A stretch of 64,000 nucleotides of DNA from Podarcis melisellensis. Lineage: Eukaryota. Under the pieces are notes generated by a model. That model made no database searches. It was given only the letters and a program-made list of their open reading frames with translations, and had not been told where the DNA came from. The translations under genes were made by a program, and so were the position numbers. The first letter of the stretch is position 1. Each line of letters begins with the position of its first letter. Positions 25,125 to 36,759 of this stretch are shown here, one piece after another. Where the stretch lies: assembly GCA_964234715.1 (NCBI GenBank), contig OZ174283.1. One strand, given 5' to 3'.

Positions 25125-25760
25125 TTTCCCAAGCTCTTGTCCCAGTTTCTGGGATTTTATCCCAGAATGTCCCGCTTTTACTTAGGATGTTCCTATTTTC
25201 ACCAGAGAAATGTTGGAAAGCATAGTAAGACGTCACTACAGTGGTACCTCGTGTTATGTACTTAATCCATTCTGGAGGTCCATTTATAACCCAAAACCAC
25301 TCATAATGTGAGGCATGCTTTCCCTAATGGCACCTCCCGCTGCCACCACGCTACTGGAGCGCGACTTCCTCTCACATCCCGGGATAAAGGTCGCAACAAG
25401 GGGCATCTACTTCTGGGTTAGCGGATTGCGTAACCCACAGCATTCATAAGGGGACGGTACGTAACATGAGGTATCACTGTATTTTCATTGGAAATAGTGT
25501 TGGAGGGTATGGAGTTATGTGACCCCTGAGCCAAGGAGATAAGTAACTATACAATCTTTAGAAGACATCTGAAGGCAGCTCTGTATAGAGAAGGTTTTTT
25601 AATGTTTAATGTTTAATGGTTTATTAATGTTTTAATGTTTTATTAAATGTTTTTATATATGTTGGAAGCGCTCAGAGTGGATGGAGCAACCCAGTCAGAT
25701 GTATAAATAATAAAATTACTACTACTTCTACTATGGAATAGGATGTCCCTGCATGGAATA
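25125..25760. mobile_element. Composite non-autonomous repeat containing an L2-tail segment, interrupted by a Tc1 MITE
   Basis: Repeated ctattttca...atgttgga(g/a)(g/a)g units plus agaagacatctgaaggcagc...aataaa L2-like tail. Confidence 0.5.
25239..25479. mobile_element. Tc1/pogo MITE, diverged subfamily, opposite orientation
   Basis: TA-cagtggtacctc...gaggtatcactg-TA; contains ttctgggttagcgga, the reverse of tccgctaacccagaa. Confidence 0.85.
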
Positions 25761-27325
25761 GGATGGCTATCTTCCTCAAAACATTTAAAACAATTCTCGG
25801 GGTATTAGCAAGCTATCTCATAACAATCAGCTTCCATAAGACTACCATTCTGGACTACAAACAAAGTAATTTATCCTAAAATAATGTCACCTCAGTCACC
25901 TCAGTGACATTGGAGTCACTTCCCTATGACCATCCCATGATGCCTTGCAATATTTGGAAGCTTGAACTTCAGGGCTATAGCCACTTACCCAAGTCCTTCC
26001 CATCTATTATTGCCCTTCCTCCTGTCAATGGAATGACTTAGTAGGAAGTAAACATGCAACAAGTCCTACCGATGTTGGTCCATCATTTGTAAGGTATTTT
26101 AAAGTCAGTCTTTTAGACACCCAAATAATTTTGGAAATTATCTAATTTTCCCATTGATTGAAGAATAGGACTCTTCTCCCCTGGACTGTTTATGAACTGC
26201 GTGCAAGTGCATACCTACCTTGCCCATTGCTGAACTTTCTTGTGTGTTTGGGGAATAATAAGGTTAATTCGTGTACCCTGAAAGGAAGTGCCTGTGATGT
26301 AAAAGGGGCAGGTAAACAAAGGCTATATCGACAGGTAGCCAGACTGGAAGTGTTAGATCTCATCATAATAATGAAAGGCTTTCAGGAGAGAAAGGAGCTT
26401 GCATAAGATTCTCTCTTTAGGGAATGTGCTTCAATATAGTGTCAAAGGATTGCGTTTAATCCTTGTTTTGCGGCATGGGGCAGGGATATACTAGTTTCCT
26501 GTGACTTTTACATGCAATTTATTTTTCTTAAAATTCCACTCACCCACCTCATTCCAGCAAATTTTTCAATCGTTTCATAAACCTTTGTGGTCTCAGCTTT
26601 TTTTGAACACCCTCCCACTTGGAAGCCATTAACTATGCTACCTTGAGATGCTGCAAGGAAGCCCCAGGGAAACACTTAGACTGATTGATAGAGGGCAGCC
26701 TAGCAGGCATAAATCCCCCCTGTATCTGGTGGCAGGAACTCCTTTAAAGGGGAAGAGAGGGCTGTGTCAGTGGCAGACGTTGGGCTCTCAAATTTTAGTG
26801 GCATCATGTACAATGCTAAAACTCCCTCCTGCCTCCTGTGCTCCATTCTAAAGCTGTCTTGTGCAGAGCAGCACCCAGTGTAACTTCACTGGTCATGCCA
26901 CCCTAAAACCACCACTGGCTGAGGAGAGGGGTGCACCCTGCGTTAGTCACCAACTCCCTTCCCTCAGATGGCACAGGGACTCAGAGGGTGGCTGAGGAGA
27001 TATTCATTATCTAAATAGATGTTCAGAAGATGTCAGCCTTATTCATTCAGCCTTTCCACTGCCATTATGCAAATGAAACAGCAGGTGTGAGGCAGTTGTT
27101 GTCTCCCAAGTATTTGAAATATGGTTCCTGAAGAATTAATTTGTCTTCTGAAATATATTTCGACTTTCCCCATTTCCCCCCTCTGCTTCCTTTGATTCCT
27201 CCTTTGATATTTTTTTTTGTCCCCGCCCAACTTAGAACCCTGAGCTTACAGGCCCCCTAATCATGCCAAGATCCTATTTGAGTCAAGCAAGCTCCCTGTT
27301 CCAGGCATTCAGTACATAAGATCCT

Positions 27326-27832
27326 AGCAGGAAGGGGGTGAGGGGCACGGGTCACCCCAGGTGCCATCTCTGAGGAGGGGTGACAAGAAGGCACCCCGCG
27401 GAGGGTTCGCCCCACCGTCCCCAGGCACAGCAGCACAAGTCGCCACCATCACACCGCCGCAGCCGCATGTGGAGGATCCTCTGCTCATGATCCTCTGTCA
27501 TTCATACAGCACTCGAGCAGCGCCATCAGCAAACCACCCAGTGGCACATGCACAGCACCGCTCAAGCGCTGTACGGCATACCCTAACCCTCCACCACCAC
27601 TGCAGCCACGAGCAGAGGATCCCTTTGATGCCACTGCAGCCGCGAGCAAAGGATCCCTCCAACGCTGCTGCAGCCATGAGAATGCATGTGCTGTACGTAG
27701 CTGTGCACTCGTATGTGCGATACATAGCGGTGAACGGGCATGCGCAGTATGTAGTGGTGCACACGTCGGCAGGCGGTTTGCCCCGCTCCCCGCACCCCGC
27801 CCCGGGTGCCAGTTCTCCTTCCTTCGCCACTG
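27326..27832. mobile_element. GC-rich hAT-like element with internal repeats, inserted in a CR1 tail
   Basis: Ends in cttcgccactg; three gcagcc...ggatcc units; right flank gctggatcaggccaaaggcccatctagtccag is a reversed CR1 tail. Confidence 0.65.
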
Positions 27833-29501
27833 GCTGGATCAGGCCAAAGGCCCATCTAGTCCAGAGTTTTGTTCCCACTGCAGTCAGACACATTCAGCAC
27901 TCAGCATATATGGAGCTGCCAAAGTAGTTAGAGGGTTGGGGAGGGGGAAGTTAATAGGCCCTACTAACCCACCCGCATGTGATAGCGATCTTGGGTGGGG
28001 TGAATATACAGAGCTGGTTCTCCCAAATTTAAAATTTAGGATAATAAATTTTAAAGAAGATAAACCAGAAATTTTCTCTTGAAAAACTTCGGGGTGGGGG
28101 TTCATTTAAAAGGTATGAATCTGATAGTTCAATCAAAACAAAATAGGCCAATACAAAACTGAACTCACTTCCAGTAATGAAAATCAAAGGTCGTCTTAGA
28201 TTTCCCTTTCTTGAAAATCAGTCAACACCAGCATATAAAGAAAATAAAATTAAAAATTATTTCTTAGGCAACACTTCCCCCACTTATTCTTCCTCTGTAA
28301 TTGTCTGCCAAGTATTCGTGAAGATGAAAAATGCCATATATTGTTATGTATTTTCATGGCAATGCATTAATACAATTCCCAGGGAAATAAGCACTATTGA
28401 AGCAAACTTGAATGAAATTTGCATAAACTATTATGTGCTTCAGTTGTGGGGAAGGAGCTTGAAGTGTTCCCTTTTATATCTGTTCAGGGGGGAAAAGACT
28501 TATTGGTTCCAAAACATCACCACAGTTGATGCTGCAGGTAACCTACTACCTAAAATGAGGAACTAAAATGCATTTTAGATACCAGTGTGGAACTAGGAAA
28601 GAAGGTGAAATGGGAAACTATTAAATAGTTGTGCTCTCAATGATTTTGTGAACTTCTGGAATTATGAAGCAACTTTAATATGTCTTTTTCGCTGTCCACC
28701 ACAACCTGCCCTTGTGGAAATCCTTATCATCTACTTGAAGGGCTGTGTGTCAGTTCTCTCATATTAAATATAATTAATCATTTTCTACTGTCACCGAAAA
28801 GGCCTTGTGGGATGGAAGCCATTGGGGCTTCAGCCTATTCTATTTCAGATGGAATGCTACACTTCCTTATTTCCATGTTACGACATTCCTTGGGTTTTAA
28901 TGTATTGCCATGTAATTGCCTAAGATATAAAAACAGAATGGAATTTGGTCTCCAAACAGATCACAGAGGAGCCTTAACCAGCATGAGACATCTTGTTTAA
29001 TCACTTCTCTGAATTCTTATGGCTCCTGGAGGAAAACTAGAGGAAGAATTTCCTGAAAGTTAAACCACAGAGACTGCCACAATCACCCAGGCCTGCCAAG
29101 CTAAGGGGGGGAAATTGCAATATTTGTCTCTGTGTTTACTACAGTGATAGTTCCCTACAATTGCTGAAAGGTGGGCTGTAATAGGGTTGGTGTATATGTG
29201 AGTGTATTTAATCACAAACACCTGCCACCTACATTTTTCCACTAGCAGCTTTCACTGGTGGTTCTGCTCAGATCAGTTGTGCATCAGCTTTGTGACAATG
29301 CACAGTTGAAACAGGGCTGGACTAGGCCATGGGTGCCTGTATCTGAATTTAAACTTAAGAGGATTTGCGCTGGATGCTTGGAGCTTGAAATTCAAGAAAC
29401 TTTCATACGTCATGCAACTCAGATAGGTACACCTCTATTACCTTTGGTGCCTCAAGCAAGGGAGACTTGAACATGGGAATAGGGGTGGGGTCAGTCTGGA
29501 A

Positions 29502-29638
29502 CAGGCATAGGCAAACTCAGCCCTCCAGATGTTTTGGGACTACAACTCCCATCATCCCTAGCTAACAGGACCAGTGGTCTGGGATGATGGGAGTTGTAGT
29601 CCCAAAACATCTGGAGGGCCAAGTTTGCTGTGTATCTG
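29502..29638. mobile_element. Palindromic hAT MITE (caggcataggcaaact termini)
   Basis: Near-perfect hairpin; same family as 50429-50558. Confidence 0.85.
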
Positions 29639-29639
29639 T

Positions 29640-30178
29640 ATCTGAGTGGTTAGAATCCATAAGTGGAAACCTGCTGAATCAGTCAAATTAGTTTCTTTAT
29701 AAGATAATGGCCTTAGCTGGCCAGTTAGGTACTGCCATTTATAAGTCCAAAGAGTGAGCTCTGTTGCCATGGAGACAAATAGGTGGGCTGTTCCCTACCT
29801 CACCAGCCTGGATGCCACATCATCCTAGAATGGAGAACTACAGGGTGGCTGTGTTGTGGTGAGTTTTGGCTGGTGCTGGAAGCTGAAGACACAGAAGCTG
29901 GCCTTGGTCTGTGCTGGACTCAAAGCTGTGGCTTGGGTATTTCCCATGGAACCTAATGGAGAGGCAATACCTGAGAAGTGTTAGTGCTGTGAGCCCCCCA
30001 CTATCACCCTGCATCCTATGCTCAGGTTATTTATGTGTGTGGAAATAAAACTATATATCCCAAATACACCGCAGTTTCCATTGACCTTAATTCCAAGGAA
30101 ATTGGAATTAAGTCTGGGATGTGTGCAACTATGTACAGTCCATGAGCCTATGTACAGCCCTGGATGACATTACCACAT
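29640..30178 (+). mobile_element. Possible old solo LTR
   Basis: LTR-like composition, aataaa near 30044, ends in ...accaca; TSD not resolved. Confidence 0.3.
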
Positions 30179-31039
30179 GTGTACACAATTTTAAATGGGT
30201 CTTTAGGACAGGAAAGGTCACTGTGTACTATTCAATTGCACACAATTACTGTTGTGTACAAAATAAATACAAAAAGCACCCCAAAAAAAGAGTGCAAAAG
30301 AGTTCACATGGAAAACATAAATTTAATTTACTGAATTATTATATTCAATACTTGAAGTTAGCTTTACACATTATTTAAGCTCCCGCAAGCGCTTGAGTTT
30401 TGCTATACTCTCATCATTCTATTTCAGCAATTTTCTATCTCTTGCAAAAGCATGGATTTTATTCCTTGTCCTGTAAAAAGGATATCTGAAAGTATAAAAA
30501 ATAAACCTACCAGAAGAATGTAGACTGATTGCTGCTATAGCACTGGAAAACACTACCTGAATTAATGAGCATGCTGTGGAGGTGTGGATTTTGGCAAGGT
30601 TGGAAGTTCATTTCTAGCCTGCTTTTGCTTTAATAGAACATGCCAATTTGTGGCTAAACTTCCCTGATTTTGTTGGGCTGTTTTTCCTGTCCCCAATCTC
30701 AGTAAACTGTTTCTAAAACACATTGGCACGGGGGGGGGGGGTATTGTAAAGCACATTGTGCATGATATCGCAGCACAAATAATATTAAATTGTATCTCTG
30801 TGTCCAATGATTGATGCATTATTGGAACCGACTGATTGGCATTTAATGAACTTCCATTATATATCTGGGAAACATTTGTGTTCTAATTAAATGTGGATGC
30901 CTCTTCCTACACCAGTGGAACTGGCTGTGGCCAGAGGGCCAGACTGAAATCTTCCCCACTCTCCATGGGCCAAGTTTGACATCAGGTGACCCATTTTTGC
31001 AAACCATGCAGACTAAAGCATAGTCCATATGCAGCAGTA

Positions 31040-31290
31040 TGGAAGGGGCTTCACAATGCATAAGCCTTCTGCAATCCTGTCAATCAGCTGACTGCCACAA
31101 GCCTGTCCAGAAAACAAGATCCTCATCCGAGGCTCATTGGAGGTTCCCTGCCATCTGATGTGAGGCAGGAAGTCATCTGTGACAGGACCTTTTCTGCTGT
31201 GGCACCACTTTTGGAATTCTCTCTGCAGGGCAGATTACCTTGGTGCCAATTCTTCCAGGCTGTTGGAAACTTTCCTGCTCTGCCAAGCTT
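31040..31290 (+). mobile_element. Degenerate L2 fragment
   Basis: agatcctcatccgaggc...ggaccttttctgctgtggcacc...tggaattctct. Confidence 0.55.
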
Positions 31291-31387
31291 TTGCCTTCCT
31301 GGGGAGATAATAGGTTTGATCCAAACAGCATGAACTAAATTCAGTTCCTACTGAAATGAATGTCAAGGCAAAGTTAGTCATTTACAC

Positions 31388-31577
31388 CCTTTCTAAACAG
31401 TGTGTCGTGACACGTTAGTGTGTCAGCCGCAGTGTGTGGGTGCTCGCCATGATCCTCCTGGGGCTGGAAACGGGTTAGTTTAATGTCCAGTTTGCTAGTA
31501 AAACTGAATTACCGTGTCGCAAAATGATGCATGTCTTTAAAAGTGTGTCACCAACATGAAAAGTTTGGAAAGCTCTG
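31388..31577. mobile_element. Non-autonomous hAT element at the centre of a palindromic repeat
   Basis: Ends in aaagtttggaaagctctg; TSD atttacac/acttacac; tgtgtcg subterminal motifs; flanks 31313-31387 and 31578-31641 are mutually inverted. Confidence 0.75.
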
Positions 31578-33054
31578 ACTTACACAGAGTCCTATTGATT
31601 TCAATGGGAACCAAGTTCAGCTAACAGTCTGGATCCAATCCAATGTTTTGTATATGAACCCTGTTAGGGCTTTTTCCTGCTTAGTATGTTTCCAGCTTGC
31701 ATGGCTTTGTGTTTATGCTGTTGTTTTATCATGAAATTGCAATATTTTAACTGTTGAGAGCTGAGTAATGGGATACTAAACCCTTATCTGAGTAAATCAA
31801 TCAATCCATAAGCCAGGGCATTTGGTTTTGTATGATAGAAGTAGTGCAGGATATAATGGCACCACTTGGAGACACAAGGAAATCCAGACAGATTTTCCTA
31901 CAGGCCAAGGCCCAATTTCAAGGAATTTGAGAATGAATAAATATTGTTTTTCTCACAGGCAATATCATAATTACAAGGTTGCCCATAGCAGATGGATGGT
32001 CGCCACAACAGCCCCTTTAGGAATTCCCCAAATTCTGCTGACATCCAAATAAAATAAGCACTTCTATTCTTTGAGACTTAGGGTAACTGATCTCAGAGAT
32101 GAGGTGAAAAGCTTGGGAGCACTGTACATGGTAAATTACATTCTGCTGTTACATAGTGTTATGCCTTTACAACAAATCCCCCGCAGTTTGCACAACTCCT
32201 TGGGAATCTCTGGTTGCCTGAATGCCTAGATGCACTGAGGGAGGCTTTGCTCAGATCTAGCCTGGCTTTGAAAACCCTTTTGTTAACCAGGACTTTTAAG
32301 TCTTTCAACCAGTCCCTGCAAAACAGCTGGGGAGCCACAAAGAGGTTTAAGGGCTTTGGACTTAAAACTGGACACTCTGCCCCAGTGGACTTTGGGAACT
32401 GCAAATATGGAGCTTATCCAGCCCTTCAGAGTTTTAATTTGGCACCACCTCTAAAGGCTTGAAGCTCCAGGCATTCTCTTATCTCTCTTCCAAGCCTAAC
32501 AAAGCGCCAGGTTTATTGGTGAAAGTGGATCTCTTGCATTGGTGTGGACTTGAAATGTAATTTCCAGCCCCTTGGACACCCTTTGTAGAACTGATAAGCC
32601 TCCCCAAAATTTCAGACCAAAGCTATGCGATCCTGCTGTTGCCGGTAACTGAATTGGCTGCAGGAGGGAAGGGCTGTTGTTTTGCAAAGGTACAAAACAC
32701 AAAACCTTTCTTTAAAGGGCTGTGAAGTTTGAGTCTTCTGAACACTGAAAAGGTATTAGATTTCTATTGTTGAAGATTATTTCTTTTACACCAGATAAAT
32801 TTCTCATGATTGAAATAGACTGTCGTTTTTTTAAAAAAAGACGTAACTATGGGGATACTGGAAAAGCAGAATGTCTATAGAATGTTTTGTTCAACAGACC
32901 ACCAGCTCTCACAATGAATAGGGATATTCATTTTGTGCTTTGTACAATATAGCATCTTATGTTACTATGCCAATAACCACCAAAAGCTACCTATAGCATG
33001 TGTGTTATCTGTTCTTTTTAAGGTAATTTAATTGGAATCCATAAGGCAACTTCC

Positions 33055-33170
33055 TCAACTTGATGTCCTCCAGATACTTTGGACTATATTGCAGATAAAC
33101 CATGTCTATTGAGCATGCTGAATGGAGTTGTAGTCTTAAACATCTGCAGGCCACCAAGTGGGGAAGGCTC
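33055..33170. mobile_element. Degenerate palindromic hAT MITE
   Basis: cctccagatactttggacta...gagttgtagtcttaaacatctg...gggaaggct. Confidence 0.6.
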
Positions 33171-33289
33171 AATGGGGTGATGAACAAGCGGAAGCATTGC
33201 AAGAAAGGTCTCCTGGTCAGTGGTCTTAGCCTCTGAAGTTTCACTGCATCTCTGTTGTCAATGGAAATTGCCCTGTTCATTTCTCATAT

Positions 33290-33480
33290 GGGGAAGGGCC
33301 ACACGTTGGTGGTAGAGCATCTCCTTTGCATGCAGAAGGTCCTAGGTTCACTCCCCAACATCACCAGGTAGGGCTCATGAAGACCCCTGCCTGCAACCCT
33401 GCAGAGCCACTACCAATCCATGTAGAAAATACTGAATCAATGGTCTGACCTAGTATAAGGTGGCTTCATATGTTTCTATG
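33290..33480 (+). mobile_element. tRNA-derived squamate SINE with CR1-type tail
   Basis: gggaagggcc...ggtagagcatctcctttgcatgcagaaggtcctaggttca (A/B boxes); tail gtataagg...atgtttctatg. Fragments also near 10530, 10960, 19020 and 61400. Confidence 0.8.
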
Positions 33481-33672
33481 CTCTAGACATTACTGGTATA
33501 AAAGGCAATACCATGTTCACCAGGGAGCAATGCTGTGCTTTTAGCTCCATGCCATGTAAGGATTAATGCGAGAATACATGCACACCTCCCATCTCTAGTT
33601 TAGGAGGTTAGGCTCAAGCTGGAAACAGAGATAGAAGGGAAGGGAATGTGAATGTGAATGTATGACTGGGTT

Positions 33673-34176
33673 TGTTGTTGTTTAGTCGTTTAGTCGTGTC
33701 CGACTCTTCGTGATCCCATGGACCAGAGCACGCCAGGCACTCCTGTCTTCCACTGCCTCCCGCAGTTTGGTCAGACTCATGTTCGTAGCTTCGAGAACAC
33801 TATCCAACCATCTCGTCCTCTGTCGTCCCCTTCTCCTTGTGCCCTAAATCTTTCCCAACATCAGGGTCTTTTCCAGGGAGTCTTCTCTTCTCATGAGGTG
33901 GCCAAAGTATTGGAGTCTCAGCTTCAGGATCTGTCCTTCCAGTGAGCACTCAGGGCTGATTTCCTTAAGAATGGATACGTTTGATCTTCTTGCAGTCCAT
34001 GGGACTCTCAAGAGTCTCCTCCAGCACCATAATTCAAAAGCATCAATTCTTCGGCGATCAGCCTTCTTTATGGTCCAGCTCTCACTTCCATACATCACTA
34101 CTGGGAAAACCATGGCTTTAACTATACGGACCTTTGTTGGTAAGGTAATGTCTCTGCTTTTTAAGATGCTGTCTAG
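33673..34176 (-). mobile_element. BovB LINE, 5'-truncated
   Basis: MVFPVVMYGSESWTIKKADRRRIDAFELWCWRR...; (ttg)n tail; TSD atgactgggtt/atggctgggtt. Confidence 0.95.
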
Positions 34177-35819
34177 ATGGCTGGGTTAGAGGTTCCTATT
34201 TTTGCTATAGTGACAGTTGCCCTGTAGTCTAGTCTTGGGCCTCTTCTCCTCCAACTCCTTTGCAGAACCTGAAATGAGGTTGCCTTAAGACAAGCTGGCT
34301 TTTGCATACTAGTGGCTTTTGCATACTAGTGCAAATTCTGTGAAACAGCCAAATTCTTACCAAACTCCAGCAGTTCAGAAATCCCACCTGAAACCACTGA
34401 ATTCCACTTAGACTGGGTTCCTCCATTTGCATCAGTGCAAACAAGGCAGCAGGTATGTGTGACTGTGTGAGAGAGACAGAGATTGAGTGGTGCTCATTGT
34501 TAGTAAGAGATCTCTTAACGCCCTTAAAATCTGGGAGGAAAAGAAATGCTACTTGCCCTCAAAAAAGTAAACAGTTCCCAGCTAATGAAAAGTGTGACAG
34601 AGTCATTACCACCACAGGGGTTCTGATTACGTCTGTTGACACAAGAATGGTTTTTGTTGGCCTACAGTCAACAGCCATCTCTACCGAACAGCCCACAGAC
34701 CATTCAGCCCATCAGGGGGCTGTTTTAGAGCCACTGACCTTGGCGGAAATGTTTGGTTTACTGTTTTCTTCCGAAAGCTCCCAGACATTTTGGTGCCTGC
34801 CTAAGTACCAAGCTAGCCAAAGGCAGTCAACGTGAGTCATAAAATACTGTAACTAGAGGACTTGATTTCAACAGTGACGCTCTCCCAGCTTCAGGGTGGC
34901 TGAGTCTGAAGAACTGTACTTAATCGTGTTTATGATTCAGAAGATATTTTGAGCCCGTACAGTAGCTGCAGCTTTTATCTCTTCAGCTTTGATCTCCCTG
35001 ATATTCTCTTAAATGTAATTAAACCTGTCACAATTTCTCCAGTCAATTCTCCCCCGCCCTTCTCTCCCATTCTCTTGGAAACTAAATATTCATGCACATA
35101 TTAGGAAGATTAAACAAAGAAAGTTCCAAGGAATGATAAGAAATCTATTTGCAGCCACTTGAGCTCCAGTTCAGTCATCGTTCTCTTGCAAACACACCAT
35201 TCTCCAAGCAACCCATCTTCCCTTCTTCAGTTGTATCATTTGGTCTCCTTAGCACAGTGGATGTCATTTGGATTTCTTTTAATTTCCACTATAACATAAG
35301 CCCGAGCTGACTTGGTGAATGTTAATATTTTTCTCAGGCTTGTTACAATCATGAATTATTCCAAAACTCGTTGGGCTCTTAATAACAGGAAAGTGCATTT
35401 GGGTGGCTACTCAAGTTCAAATACATGCACGCTACATCAGCTTGTGAAAGGCACATGTGCATGTAACTTGCACACCACCCTGGGACCTCAGGGTGGAGGA
35501 CGGGTAATAAATTGTAATAGTATTAACAATAATAATAGTAATGTAAGTGGTTGCACTCCCCTTTGCAAGAGGAAAGCACCCTGCTGTGGGATATTAAATG
35601 CAGTCAAACCAACAATTCATATTTTGATAGACAGGCACATAATAGCAGCTGAAGCTCACAGAGTTTTCCTTTAAGTTTGCTAGAGAGGACTCTGTGAGGG
35701 ACACTCCCATTGTGCCCTGACAGAGAAAGGGTGTAGCTATATATCCTGCCTGTCTGGGCACATTCTCTTACTCTTACTCTGCCTCTTTCCGCTCTGCCAG
35801 AAATGTGAGAACATATGTA

Positions 35820-36051
35820 CAGTGGTACCTCAGGTTACATATGCTTCAGGTTACATATGCTTCAGGTTACAGACTCCGCTAACCCAGAAATAGTGCTTCA
35901 GGTTAAGAACTTTGCTTCAGGTTGATAACAGAAATCGTGCTCCGGGGGTGTGGCAGCAGCAGCAGGCCCCATTAGCTAAAGTGCTGCTTCAGATTAAGAA
36001 CAGTTTCAGGACCTCCGGAACGAATTAAGTACTTAACCCGAGGTACCACTG
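35820..36051. mobile_element. Tc1/pogo MITE
   Basis: TA-cagtggtacctc...gaggtaccactg-TA. Confidence 0.92.
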
Positions 36052-36759
36052 TATGTCTGAGCTCCAAGCTCAGACACCAGTTTAAACTAGACTTAAGTAT
36101 GTCTTTGTAAGTGAAATACCATTTTAAGCCTGCCTGAACAAAGCTGCTGTATCTGTTACTCTTCAACAAGTATTACGAGTGAGTGAATGCTATTTTTTAT
36201 CTTTTACAAGACTGTTTGCATGATTATTGTTTTAGGGAGAAATAGCAGAAAAATCCAGTCTGCCTTAAAGCGTCCTGGATTACTAGCCTATGTAAACTTC
36301 CCTTTTAAGCTGCAAAGGGATGACACTCTGCTGAACTCACCTACGTGAGGAAGGAAGGATAATATCTAATAAATATATCCTCTCCTAGCATCTACTCACA
36401 TCCCAACACTTGCAAGCAGAGATTTTGCTGAAATGGCTCTTCCCACCTCCAAAGGTTACCACCACAAATTGGGGAGGAGAGTTTCATTTCAGCAATTTTC
36501 AAACATAGAGGCAACAACATTCTTGACTATGGCACTACCTAGCATTCCAATAGTCAGTAGCTCCCCCACCCAAGCAGGTAGAACAGGGGTGGAGGATGCT
36601 GTGGCTCTCAAAATGTTGCTAGCCTACTGGTGCCATTATCACTGACCAGTGGCAGTGCTGGCTGGGGGTGATGGGAGTTGGGGTCCAATGATATTTGCAT
36701 GGTCTCACCTCTGCCTATCTCAGGATGACATCAAAGCATCATGTAGTGTTATCCATGTC

